A stretch of 20,000 bases of DNA from the IMG/VR virus record IMGVR_UViG_3300018475_000122; one strand, given 5' to 3'. Positions 1 to 6,249 of this stretch are shown here, in pieces (position 1 is the first letter of the stretch; each line of letters begins with the position of its first letter). Below the pieces are notes generated by a model. The model was given only the letters and a program-made list of their open reading frames with translations. It was not told where the DNA came from and made no database searches. Both the position numbers and the translations under genes were made by a program. Origin of the DNA: an uncultured virus (IMG/VR IMGVR_UViG_3300018475_000122) (lineage: Duplodnaviria; Heunggongvirae; Uroviricota; Caudoviricetes).

Positions 1-822
1 CTGTTCGACATAGCCTCCCACGTGCTTTCCGGCTACGGGGGCGAACTGGAAAGCCCGCTCACCCGCAAGCTCGTCATCAAAATAGTGCGCCCCGTGGCGC
101 AGGCCCGCATCACCATCATGCGCGGTTTCGATGGGCCAGACATGGAAAAGACGGGCTCCGCTTTCAACAGGCCCGACAATACCCGCCGCCACTACGGTTC
201 GAGCACCACGGAAAAGGTCGTCAATGCCTTCACGCCACGGTCGGAAAACTTCGCCAGTGTGGAATTCACCGATAAGTACGGCCGCACCGTGCGCACTACG
301 CCGTATCACCTCCGTCAGGGTGCTGTGCACGGCGGCATGGACAAGCTCCTGCGCAAGGGCACCGGCATGACGCTCGCCCTCGGCGCGCTGGCCGCGCTTC
401 TCGCCTCCGGTAACAGCGATCTTCTCAGCCGCATCGGCGCTTCCGCCCTCCTCGGCATCCCTGCCGCACACCTTCTCTTCCATAAGGACGACAAGGTGCA
501 GTTCAGCCACAGTGGGGACGAAGTTGCCGTGGGTACCCTCAACGACGCCGTGTACAAGCAGGAAAAGCGCGCCGCCTTCGACTTCAACCCCCGCGAAGCA
601 GGCAAGTACGTCACCCGTGCCCCGCTCATCGGCATGAGCATCCCCGCCGCTCTTGCGCTCGACTACGCCTACAACCGCTGGAAGTACGGCGACTACGCCG
701 AGCCGCACCTCACCTTCCTTGGCAACATGGCCAACAGCGCCGGGCACTTCGTGCACGATAACCCCGTGCTTTCCGCCTTTGCCGGCGCCACGCTGGGCGC
801 TCTGGCTAAAAACAAGCTCTAA
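1..822 (+). CDS. Partial (5'-truncated) head-module protein with Gly/Ala-rich hydrophobic segments; possibly the C-terminal part of a prohead protease or an internal head protein
   Basis: Frame 1 is open from base 1 (LFDIASHVLSGYGG...) to TAA 820-822, so the GTG at 22 is probably internal. Hydrophobic stretches GTGMTLALGALAALLAS, IGASALLGIPAAHLLF and LSAFAGATLGALA. Carries EKTGS and EKRAA motifs. Followed by a terminator. The function is inferred from position only. Confidence 0.6.
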   Translation: MFDIASHVLSGYGGELESPLTRKLVIKIVRPVAQARITIMRGFDGPDMEKTGSAFNRPDNTRRHYGSSTTEKVVNAFTPRSENFASVEFTDKYGRTVRTTPYHLRQGAVHGGMDKLLRKGTGMTLALGALAALLASGNSDLLSRIGASALLGIPAAHLLFHKDDKVQFSHSGDEVAVGTLNDAVYKQEKRAAFDFNPREAGKYVTRAPLIGMSIPAALALDYAYNRWKYGDYAEPHLTFLGNMANSAGHFVHDNPVLSAFAGATLGALAKNKL

Positions 823-825
823 GGG

Positions 826-860
826 AAAGGGGGCAGTGCCAAAGCACCGCCCCCTCTTTT
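826..860. terminator. Bidirectional intrinsic terminator between convergent genes
   Basis: AGGGGGC-A-GTGC CAAA GCAC-C-GCCCCCT hairpin, with CTTTT downstream and AAA upstream. It lies exactly between stop 822 (+) and stop 860 (-). Confidence 0.8.
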
Positions 861-1081
861 CAGACCCGCGCCTTTCTGGCTTTCAGCAGCAGCCGCTTCC
901 CCGTGGCCTTGGCCCCTCGTATCACCTGCGTGCGTGCCCTCTTCGTGTTCGATTTGGTCACGCAGTCAAGCACAATGGAACCAACGCACACAACCGCGCC
1001 TAGTACCAGTCGGCACTCGTCTTCATCCCACGTGGTCGGATCCCACCACACTTTTCCCTTCTTCAGAATGTAGTCGTACAT
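860..1081 (-). CDS. Small hypothetical protein (73 aa) with one hydrophobic segment and a basic C-terminus
   Basis: The ORF fills the gap between genes. GAGGTG SD lies 4 nt before the ATG, there is an extended -10-like element upstream, and it ends at the bidirectional terminator. Hydrophobic LVLGAVVCVGSIVLDCV is followed by a K/R-rich tail. Confidence 0.65.
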   Translation of the reverse strand: MYDYILKKGKVWWDPTTWDEDECRLVLGAVVCVGSIVLDCVTKSNTKRARTQVIRGAKATGKRLLLKARKARV

Positions 1082-1161
1082 GATGCACCTCGCTTTTGAT
1101 GGTTAATCACAAGCGATTTTTCTTTGTTTGTCTGAAAAGGGCTAAGCGTATCCGCCAATAT

Positions 1162-1170
1162 CTTATAACA
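1162..1170 (-). promoter_or_regulatory. Extended -10-like promoter element (TGnTATAAG) for the divergent small gene
   Basis: The minus strand reads TG-T-TATAAG in an AT-rich intergenic region about 80 nt upstream of the ATG at 1081. No consensus -35 at 17-bp spacing. Confidence 0.45.
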
Positions 1171-1216
1171 CGTATCGGGTTTCTTTTGCGCTGCTCAACA
1201 TTACGAGCACTACCCG

Positions 1217-1240
1217 TCAATATTTAGAGATTGATTCAGG
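1217..1240 (+). promoter_or_regulatory. Putative late promoter/operator, copy 1 (tCAATATTTagagATTGAttcagg)
   Basis: CAATATTT at 1218-1225 upstream of the head operon. The same octamer occurs at 6186 and 19680, each time intergenic. TCAAT/ATTGA inverted repeat. Confidence 0.55.
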
Positions 1241-1284
1241 CCCAGCCTGCTCACGCTCATATCAAGTATGGAGGAAGCCGTTTT

Positions 1285-2301
1285 ATGGCTCTCAAGAATA
1301 ATAACGACGCAATTTCCAGGATCCTCGCTGAGTTCCGGGATGCGAATCGCCAGGTGAAGCAGGCGGAAGAAGCCCCTGTTGAACCTGTCGAAGAGGCCCA
1401 GGCTCCTGAGGTCATGGAAAGCGAAGAATCCGAAACCTCCACCAGCGTGGAAGAGGCCGCCGAAGAGTTTTCCGAAGCCTCCGACAACGCCGTGGACGCC
1501 GCCAAGGAGCTTCGCGATATCGCCGACAAATACATCGAACAGCACGACGAGGCCCTGAAGAAGGAAGCCGCCCTGTTCGGTGAGATCTTTGCCGACGCCT
1601 GCATTAACCGTATGCAGGAAAAGGTTGCCGCCGATGCTCTGGCCGACAGCCTCGTTTCCCTTTTCGGCGAATCGCATGACATCGCCATGCAGAAGATCGC
1701 CGCCCATCAGGAAGCGGAACAGCAGGCCGTTGCCGAGGCCCTCTTTACCGAAGCCTACGGCATGACTCTGCAGAAGATCGCCAACGACCTCGAAGTGCTC
1801 AAGCAGCTTGCCGCCCAGCAGGCCGTTGAGCCTGAAGCCCCTGTTGAAGAAGCTCCCCTCGAAGCTGCTCCTGAAGACGTTCCTGCCGAAGCCCCTGTGG
1901 AAGAGGCTGTGGCCGCACTCGAAGATGCCGCTGCCGAAGCCGCCGCTGAAGCCCCTGTCGAAGAAGCTCCTCTCGAAGCTCCCGCCCCAGAGGCCAGCCC
2001 CGCCGCCGAAGCCGTCGTGTCCGTAGCCAAGGCTGTGGAAACCGTGGCCGAAGCCGCCGAAGCTCTGGTGAAGAAGGAAGAGGCCCCCGTCGAAGCTCCT
2101 GTTGAAGAAGCTCCCGTGGAGGAACCCGCCGCCGAAGCAGCCCCCGAGGAACTCCCTGCCGAGCCTGCCCCCGCCGCTGAAGAAGATGTGCCTGCCGAAG
2201 CTCCCGTGAGCATTGAAGACATCATTCAGAACGCCTACGGCGAAACCCTCGCCCAGATCCAGGCCGCACAGGCTGCTCAGGCCGCTGAAGAAGGTATGTG
2301 A
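1285..2301 (+). CDS. Putative head scaffolding protein (338 aa, very acidic, Ala/Glu/Pro-rich)
   Basis: GGAGG SD at 1270-1274 supports ATG 1285 rather than TTG 1231. Helical acidic N-half, EAPVEEAP low-complexity repeats, strong codon bias, and position upstream of the decoration and capsid genes. Confidence 0.65.
   Translation: MALKNNNDAISRILAEFRDANRQVKQAEEAPVEPVEEAQAPEVMESEESETSTSVEEAAEEFSEASDNAVDAAKELRDIADKYIEQHDEALKKEAALFGEIFADACINRMQEKVAADALADSLVSLFGESHDIAMQKIAAHQEAEQQAVAEALFTEAYGMTLQKIANDLEVLKQLAAQQAVEPEAPVEEAPLEAAPEDVPAEAPVEEAVAALEDAAAEAAAEAPVEEAPLEAPAPEASPAAEAVVSVAKAVETVAEAAEALVKKEEAPVEAPVEEAPVEEPAAEAAPEELPAEPAPAAEEDVPAEAPVSIEDIIQNAYGETLAQIQAAQAAQAAEEGM
1834..2210 (+). repeat. Intragenic degenerate repeats encoding EAPVEEAP / EDVPAEAPV / EAPLEA
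   Basis: Recurrent gaagcccctgt(t/g/c)gaaga(a/g)gct units inside the scaffold ORF. EDVPAEAPV occurs twice and EEAPLEA occurs twice. Confidence 0.8.
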
Positions 2302-2306
2302 TCCTC

Positions 2307-2459
2307 ATGCGCGACGAGCATAAAAAAGCCCTCAAAAGCGTTCTCAGGGAAACAGCCGAGGCCTTTCGCTCCATCGCTTCCATTCAGAAGACGGCCTCAG
2401 AACAGGCGCCACGGTACGTCATCAACCTCAAAGAATTTTCACGGTTGGTAAACAAGTGA
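2307..2459 (+). CDS. Small hypothetical head-module protein (50 aa), not in the ORF track
   Basis: MRDEHKKALKSVLRETAEAFRSIASIQKTASEQAPRYVINLKEFSRLVNK*. It starts 5 nt after the scaffold stop, its TGA overlaps the next GTG (GTGA), and it contains QKTAS. Confidence 0.7.
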   Translation: MRDEHKKALKSVLRETAEAFRSIASIQKTASEQAPRYVINLKEFSRLVNK

Positions 2460-2599
2460 GCACTACTTCCGAAACATTGAGAAAACTGGCTTCCCAGGTC
2501 CGCGAAGCGGCAGAAAAGAAGCCCGCTCAGGCTCCGGTGCAGGAAATCGACCTGCAGAAGCTCGCTTCGTTCCTGGCGTTTTACGGAGAACGCAAATGA
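2456..2599 (+). CDS. Small hypothetical head-module protein (47 aa), not in the ORF track
   Basis: MSTTSETLRKLASQVREAAEKKPAQAPVQEIDLQKLASFLAFYGERK*. GTGA overlap at the start, ATGA overlap at the end, and two KLAS motifs. Confidence 0.7.
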   Translation: MSTTSETLRKLASQVREAAEKKPAQAPVQEIDLQKLASFLAFYGERK

Positions 2600-2820
2600 C
2601 CAAGAAAAATAACGCTGCCAGCTCACAGGAAGCCCTGCTTCTGAAGGTAGCTGCCAGTTTGGATAACCTGGCTGATGCACTGGAGCAGGAAGAGGCCCGT
2701 GAACAGGAGCTTCTGCAGAAGCGTGCCAGCGCAGTCGCCAGAGAGTTCGACTACGGAACCGTGGGCAGCAGCCACGCTGCCAACGCCTTCGACCCTCTGA
2801 CGAGTTTCATCCTCAAGTAA
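2596..2820 (+). CDS. Small helical head-module protein (74 aa), possibly scaffold-related
   Basis: ATGA coupling and a GGAG SD. Coiled-coil-like, with LKVAAS and QKRAS motifs and a C-terminal DPLTSFIL. Confidence 0.75.
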   Translation: MTKKNNAASSQEALLLKVAASLDNLADALEQEEAREQELLQKRASAVAREFDYGTVGSSHAANAFDPLTSFILK

Positions 2821-2835
2821 CACAAGGAATTCACT

Positions 2836-3225
2836 ATGTCCTATAATATTCGCAAAGGCTGGCCCTGCCATGGTGCTCTCGATGAGAACCTGATGCCTGC
2901 CGACGCTGCTGCCTTCAAGGAAGGCATCATCGTGGCCCTCAATGCCGATGGCAAGGTCGAAGTGGCCGACGCCATCGCCGCCGACGGCCCCATGTGCGGC
3001 TTCAACATCGGTGTCGAAAAGGTCACCGGTGCTGTCACCACCCTGATGAACGACTGCATCATCGACATGGACGCTGAACACTACGTTGCCGGCACCTACG
3101 CCCCCAACGACAATCTCAGCGCTTCTGCCGGTCTGTTCGGCCCTGCTGGCGGCAACAAGGTTCTCGCCCGCGTCATTTCCTTCAAAGACGGTATCCTCCG
3201 CGTCAAGTGGTTCTCTGCGAACTAA
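2836..3225 (+). CDS. Putative capsid decoration/cement protein (129 aa)
   Basis: AAGGA SD. Small Gly/Ala-rich beta-type protein directly upstream of the capsid gene (the lambda gpD position), with high-expression codon bias. Confidence 0.6.
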   Translation: MSYNIRKGWPCHGALDENLMPADAAAFKEGIIVALNADGKVEVADAIAADGPMCGFNIGVEKVTGAVTTLMNDCIIDMDAEHYVAGTYAPNDNLSASAGLFGPAGGNKVLARVISFKDGILRVKWFSAN

Positions 3226-3239
3226 GGTAGGTTACAGAT

Positions 3240-4154
3240 ATGTACGATACCCCCAATGTGAGCATTGAACTGCTCAACTCCGGTTTCTGCGATAAGGTCT
3301 TCGGCGGCCAGCTGAAGGAAGCCATGGAAAGCGGCTCTGCCTACATCCGCACCCAGCTCTATGAAGATGGCATCCTCCGCCGCCTCTTCACCTCCCGCAC
3401 CGTCGGTGCCGAAGAACTGGATCCCGTCCTCGAAGACGATATCCCCTCCATCATCTGCGAAATCGAACCCGGTGCCACCAAGGCTACCTTCGTGTCCTTC
3501 AAGGGTACCGGCGATCATCGCTACTTCACCGGCAAGCGCTACCGCATCCCCTTCGGCAAGATCGAGTCCGAAACCATGCACAAGAGCCGCTTCGAACTGA
3601 TGTCCATCCGTATGCCCATCACCGATTGGCTGAAGGAAAACCAGGTCAAGGCTCTCCAGCAGGAAGAAGACTCCGCCTTCATCAATGTCGTCAACGACAT
3701 CCTCGCCACCACCACCGACGAGCAGAGCTACACCGTCACCTACACTGGCGGCGAATCCTTCAAGGACGTGTTCACCGCTGGTATGAAGGGCCTCAACAAG
3801 CTCCGCCTGCCTCACGGTAAGGTGCTCATGCACAAGAACACCTACCTCGACTCCCTGAAGCTGAAGACTGACGAAATCGGCTTCCGTCCTCAGGAAGACC
3901 GCTTCGCTCGCGGCGTGGACGGTGAAGATTCCTTCATGGGCCTGCCTGTGGTCACCACCATCAAGGACGACCTGGTGAAGGAAGGCGAAATCTACTTCTT
4001 CACCCAGCAGGACTACTTCCTGCAGTACTACCTCCTGCAGGACGCCACCCTGTTCATGAAGACCGAAAAGGACATGATCGAGTTCTCCACCTACATGGCT
4101 CCCGGTGTCGGCATCGGCAACACCAAGGGCGTGGTCAAGGTCTCCATCGCGTAA
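3240..4154 (+). CDS. Major capsid protein, compact HK97-fold (304 aa)
   Basis: Size, position after scaffold and decoration genes, extreme codon bias and a terminator directly after. Sequence pattern fits an HK97 fold: backbone helix ITDWLKENQVKALQQEEDSAF, A-domain KVLMH...FMGLPVVTT...EGEIYFF, and C-terminal GVGIGNTKGVVKV. Confidence 0.8.
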   Translation: MYDTPNVSIELLNSGFCDKVFGGQLKEAMESGSAYIRTQLYEDGILRRLFTSRTVGAEELDPVLEDDIPSIICEIEPGATKATFVSFKGTGDHRYFTGKRYRIPFGKIESETMHKSRFELMSIRMPITDWLKENQVKALQQEEDSAFINVVNDILATTTDEQSYTVTYTGGESFKDVFTAGMKGLNKLRLPHGKVLMHKNTYLDSLKLKTDEIGFRPQEDRFARGVDGEDSFMGLPVVTTIKDDLVKEGEIYFFTQQDYFLQYYLLQDATLFMKTEKDMIEFSTYMAPGVGIGNTKGVVKVSIA

Positions 4155-4178
4155 CCTTCCGGTTTCGGTAACGAATAT

Positions 4179-4220
4179 GCGGGCCGATACGATATGCAAG
4201 TGTCGTGTCGGCCCGTTTTC
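4179..4220 (+). terminator. Intrinsic terminator after the major capsid gene
   Basis: GCGGGCCGATACGATAT-GCAA-GTGTCGTGTCGGCCCGT: a long stem with G-U pairs and a GNRA loop, followed by TTTTCCTT. Confidence 0.8.
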
Positions 4221-4238
4221 CTTCCTAAGGAGAAAGCA

Positions 4239-4529
4239 ATGTACATCAATCTCACCAAAACTACCGTCCGCGTGGGCCGCCTTTCCGTTCTCCCCGGTGA
4301 AAAGGTGCCTGCCGTGCACCTCACCGCTGCCGAACAGGCCGCCATCGACTACCTCGTGGCTAAAAAGGTCCTTGCCGTGAAGGGTGCGCCCGAGCCTGCC
4401 CCCGCTCCTGCTCCCGTCCCTGTGGAAGTCCCTGCCCCCGTCGTGGATGAAGAAAAGCCAGCTGAAGAACCTGCCCCTGCCGAAGAACCCGTGCAGCGCC
4501 CCCGCAAGAACCGTAAGTCCGCCGAGTAA
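4239..4529 (+). CDS. Small Pro/Glu-rich protein with a basic tail (96 aa), probably virion-associated
   Basis: AAGGAG SD before ATG 4239; the track's start at 4194 lies inside the terminator. PAPAPAP linker and RPRKNRK tail. Confidence 0.7.
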   Translation: MYINLTKTTVRVGRLSVLPGEKVPAVHLTAAEQAAIDYLVAKKVLAVKGAPEPAPAPAPVPVEVPAPVVDEEKPAEEPAPAEEPVQRPRKNRKSAE

Positions 4530-4532
4530 GCC

Positions 4533-4979
4533 ATGTCACTGAGCACTGAGGAAATACGCCACTACGTCAAGGACAAGCCGCTCCTCAATATCCTTCTCGA
4601 AGGGAATTATCAGTCGTGCGATGAACTCATTGCTCTGGCTAAAAAGCTGGCCATCGGCGACTTCAACATCATCCCCCCTGTCACGCAGTACGTGGAAGAA
4701 AACTTCCCGTCCGACACCATCATGCTCTACGGCATCCTGCACCATCTGGCCAACAGCGAGGCGGAACGCCAGCTCAGAAACCAGATCACCTACAACGCGC
4801 AGGGCCTCAATGCCGGCATAGACGACAAGCACCCCCAGTACCTCCAGCTTGCGCAGTACTACAAGGGCCTTTTCGACCAGGGCATCACGTCCTACAAGCA
4901 GTCCCTCAACCTCGAAAAGGCGTGGGGCGGCAGCTTCTCCCCGTACGCAGGTATCAACACGTATCAGTACAGGCAGTAA
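4533..4979 (+). CDS. Putative head-tail adaptor/neck protein (148 aa)
   Basis: Helical protein about 150 aa long in the adaptor position, with the typical layout (N-terminal EIRHYVKD, C-terminal YLQLAQYYKGLF helix). Confidence 0.55.
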   Translation: MSLSTEEIRHYVKDKPLLNILLEGNYQSCDELIALAKKLAIGDFNIIPPVTQYVEENFPSDTIMLYGILHHLANSEAERQLRNQITYNAQGLNAGIDDKHPQYLQLAQYYKGLFDQGITSYKQSLNLEKAWGGSFSPYAGINTYQYRQ

Positions 4980-4984
4980 CACTC

Positions 4985-5542
4985 ATGGCAGCAGAACTTT
5001 TCTACGGGCCCGAACGCCCTCGCGAAAGCTACGAATACGATAAGTTCTCTACGCCTGAATACCTCACCGGCCACGCGCGCAAGATACTGTTAGACCTTGT
5101 GCGCGTGGCCCGGATGTATAACGGGCGCCTCATCCACATCTTCGCACCAGAACCTTCCGAGCGCTGCCCCGACTGCACCAACCTGCTCACCGGCGAACGC
5201 CTGCGCACCATCTGCCCCGCCTGCCACGGCACGGGCTTCGTAAACGGCTACAAAAAGGTGGGTAGGTTCTGGAGCCTTGTCGACTTCGGCCCGGGCTACC
5301 GCATTGGCACCGATTTCGGCAATACCGAAAACCCCAACGGTACCAAGGAATCCGTCATCATCTTAGGCGCTCCCCTGCTGTTCGACGGCACCGTGTTCTT
5401 CTACGACGAAACCAAGGAATGCGCGAAGATCTACAATGTGGAACCTCACATCGTGGCCATGCGCGGCTCCGTCATCGCGCAGATAGCGCAGGTGTCGCGC
5501 ATCACTCCCGGAAGCGAAGAATACAAGCTCATAGACTGGTAA
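4985..5542 (+). CDS. Putative head-closure/neck protein with a CxxC...CxxCxGxG zinc-binding motif (185 aa)
   Basis: ATG 4985 follows the upstream stop. Contains RCPDC-x12-CPACHGTGF followed by a beta-rich region. It sits between adaptor and tail terminator, as the Cys-motif neck proteins of large myoviruses do. Confidence 0.55.
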   Translation: MAAELFYGPERPRESYEYDKFSTPEYLTGHARKILLDLVRVARMYNGRLIHIFAPEPSERCPDCTNLLTGERLRTICPACHGTGFVNGYKKVGRFWSLVDFGPGYRIGTDFGNTENPNGTKESVIILGAPLLFDGTVFFYDETKECAKIYNVEPHIVAMRGSVIAQIAQVSRITPGSEEYKLIDW

Positions 5543-5545
5543 GCC

Positions 5546-6160
5546 ATGAAACAGGAAGACATCCTCCCGCGCGGCAGTTCGCTCATCCCCTACGGTTCGC
5601 CGCTCCATGTTACCGAGCTGGTCCTGCTCATGCTCAAGCAGACCTTCGCCGAATTTCCCGAAGACTATCCCTACCGCTTCGTGCCCGGCAACTTCGAAGC
5701 GTCGGGCATAGCCTTCGATGTGCCGTACAATAAAGATTCCGAGATCTTCGGTAAAAAGCCCATCATCGTGGTGTCCCGCGGCGCACAGTCCACCGCGCCC
5801 GTAGCCATCAGCGACCGTGCCTCGCAGGACTACAAAACCCGCGACAAGGTAGGCTCCACCCTTATCCGAAGCTCCGTCAACGTGCGCATCACCAGCAAGG
5901 CCAAGGCCGAGGTGGAAGTGCTCTCCCAGCTGGTGTTCCACCTGCTCATGTACTTCCGCGTGCATCTGCCGCGCTACCTTGGCGTGCACATGGCATCCGA
6001 CGTCATGCTGTCCGAAGTACGGCAGATGGAAGACGACGATGAGGTATTCACCACCGAACTCACCTGCTCCTACACCACCCAGCCCAAGTGGGACGATAAG
6101 AACCTGCTGGAAGCACCGCTGCTCAGAACCGTGCAGACGCACTTCACCTACAGGCGCTAA
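5546..6160 (+). CDS. Putative tail terminator/tail completion protein (204 aa)
   Basis: Last gene before the sheath. The pattern KPIIVVSRG...VNVRITSKAKAEVEVLSQLV matches the alpha/beta layout of tail terminators. Confidence 0.55.
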   Translation: MKQEDILPRGSSLIPYGSPLHVTELVLLMLKQTFAEFPEDYPYRFVPGNFEASGIAFDVPYNKDSEIFGKKPIIVVSRGAQSTAPVAISDRASQDYKTRDKVGSTLIRSSVNVRITSKAKAEVEVLSQLVFHLLMYFRVHLPRYLGVHMASDVMLSEVRQMEDDDEVFTTELTCSYTTQPKWDDKNLLEAPLLRTVQTHFTYRR

Positions 6161-6184
6161 CCTGAATACCCGCATACGCCATGG

Positions 6185-6205
6185 GCAATATTTGAAAGAT
6201 TTGGG
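6185..6205 (+). promoter_or_regulatory. Putative late promoter/operator, copy 2 (gCAATATTTgaaagATTTGgg)
   Basis: CAATATTT at 6186-6193 in the AT-rich gap upstream of the sheath gene. Confidence 0.55.
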
Positions 6206-6249
6206 AAGTCCCTTTCTTTTCAATTTTTCAAAACCATGGTGAGTGAAAA

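Noticed and set aside
1834..2210. Repeats as a CRISPR array or non-coding repeat
   Set aside because: They are degenerate at third codon positions, in frame and irregularly spaced, so they are protein-coding low-complexity repeats.
3240..4154. Cellular encapsulin operon
   Set aside because: No cargo enzyme gene is present, and the gene is embedded in a head-neck-tail module.
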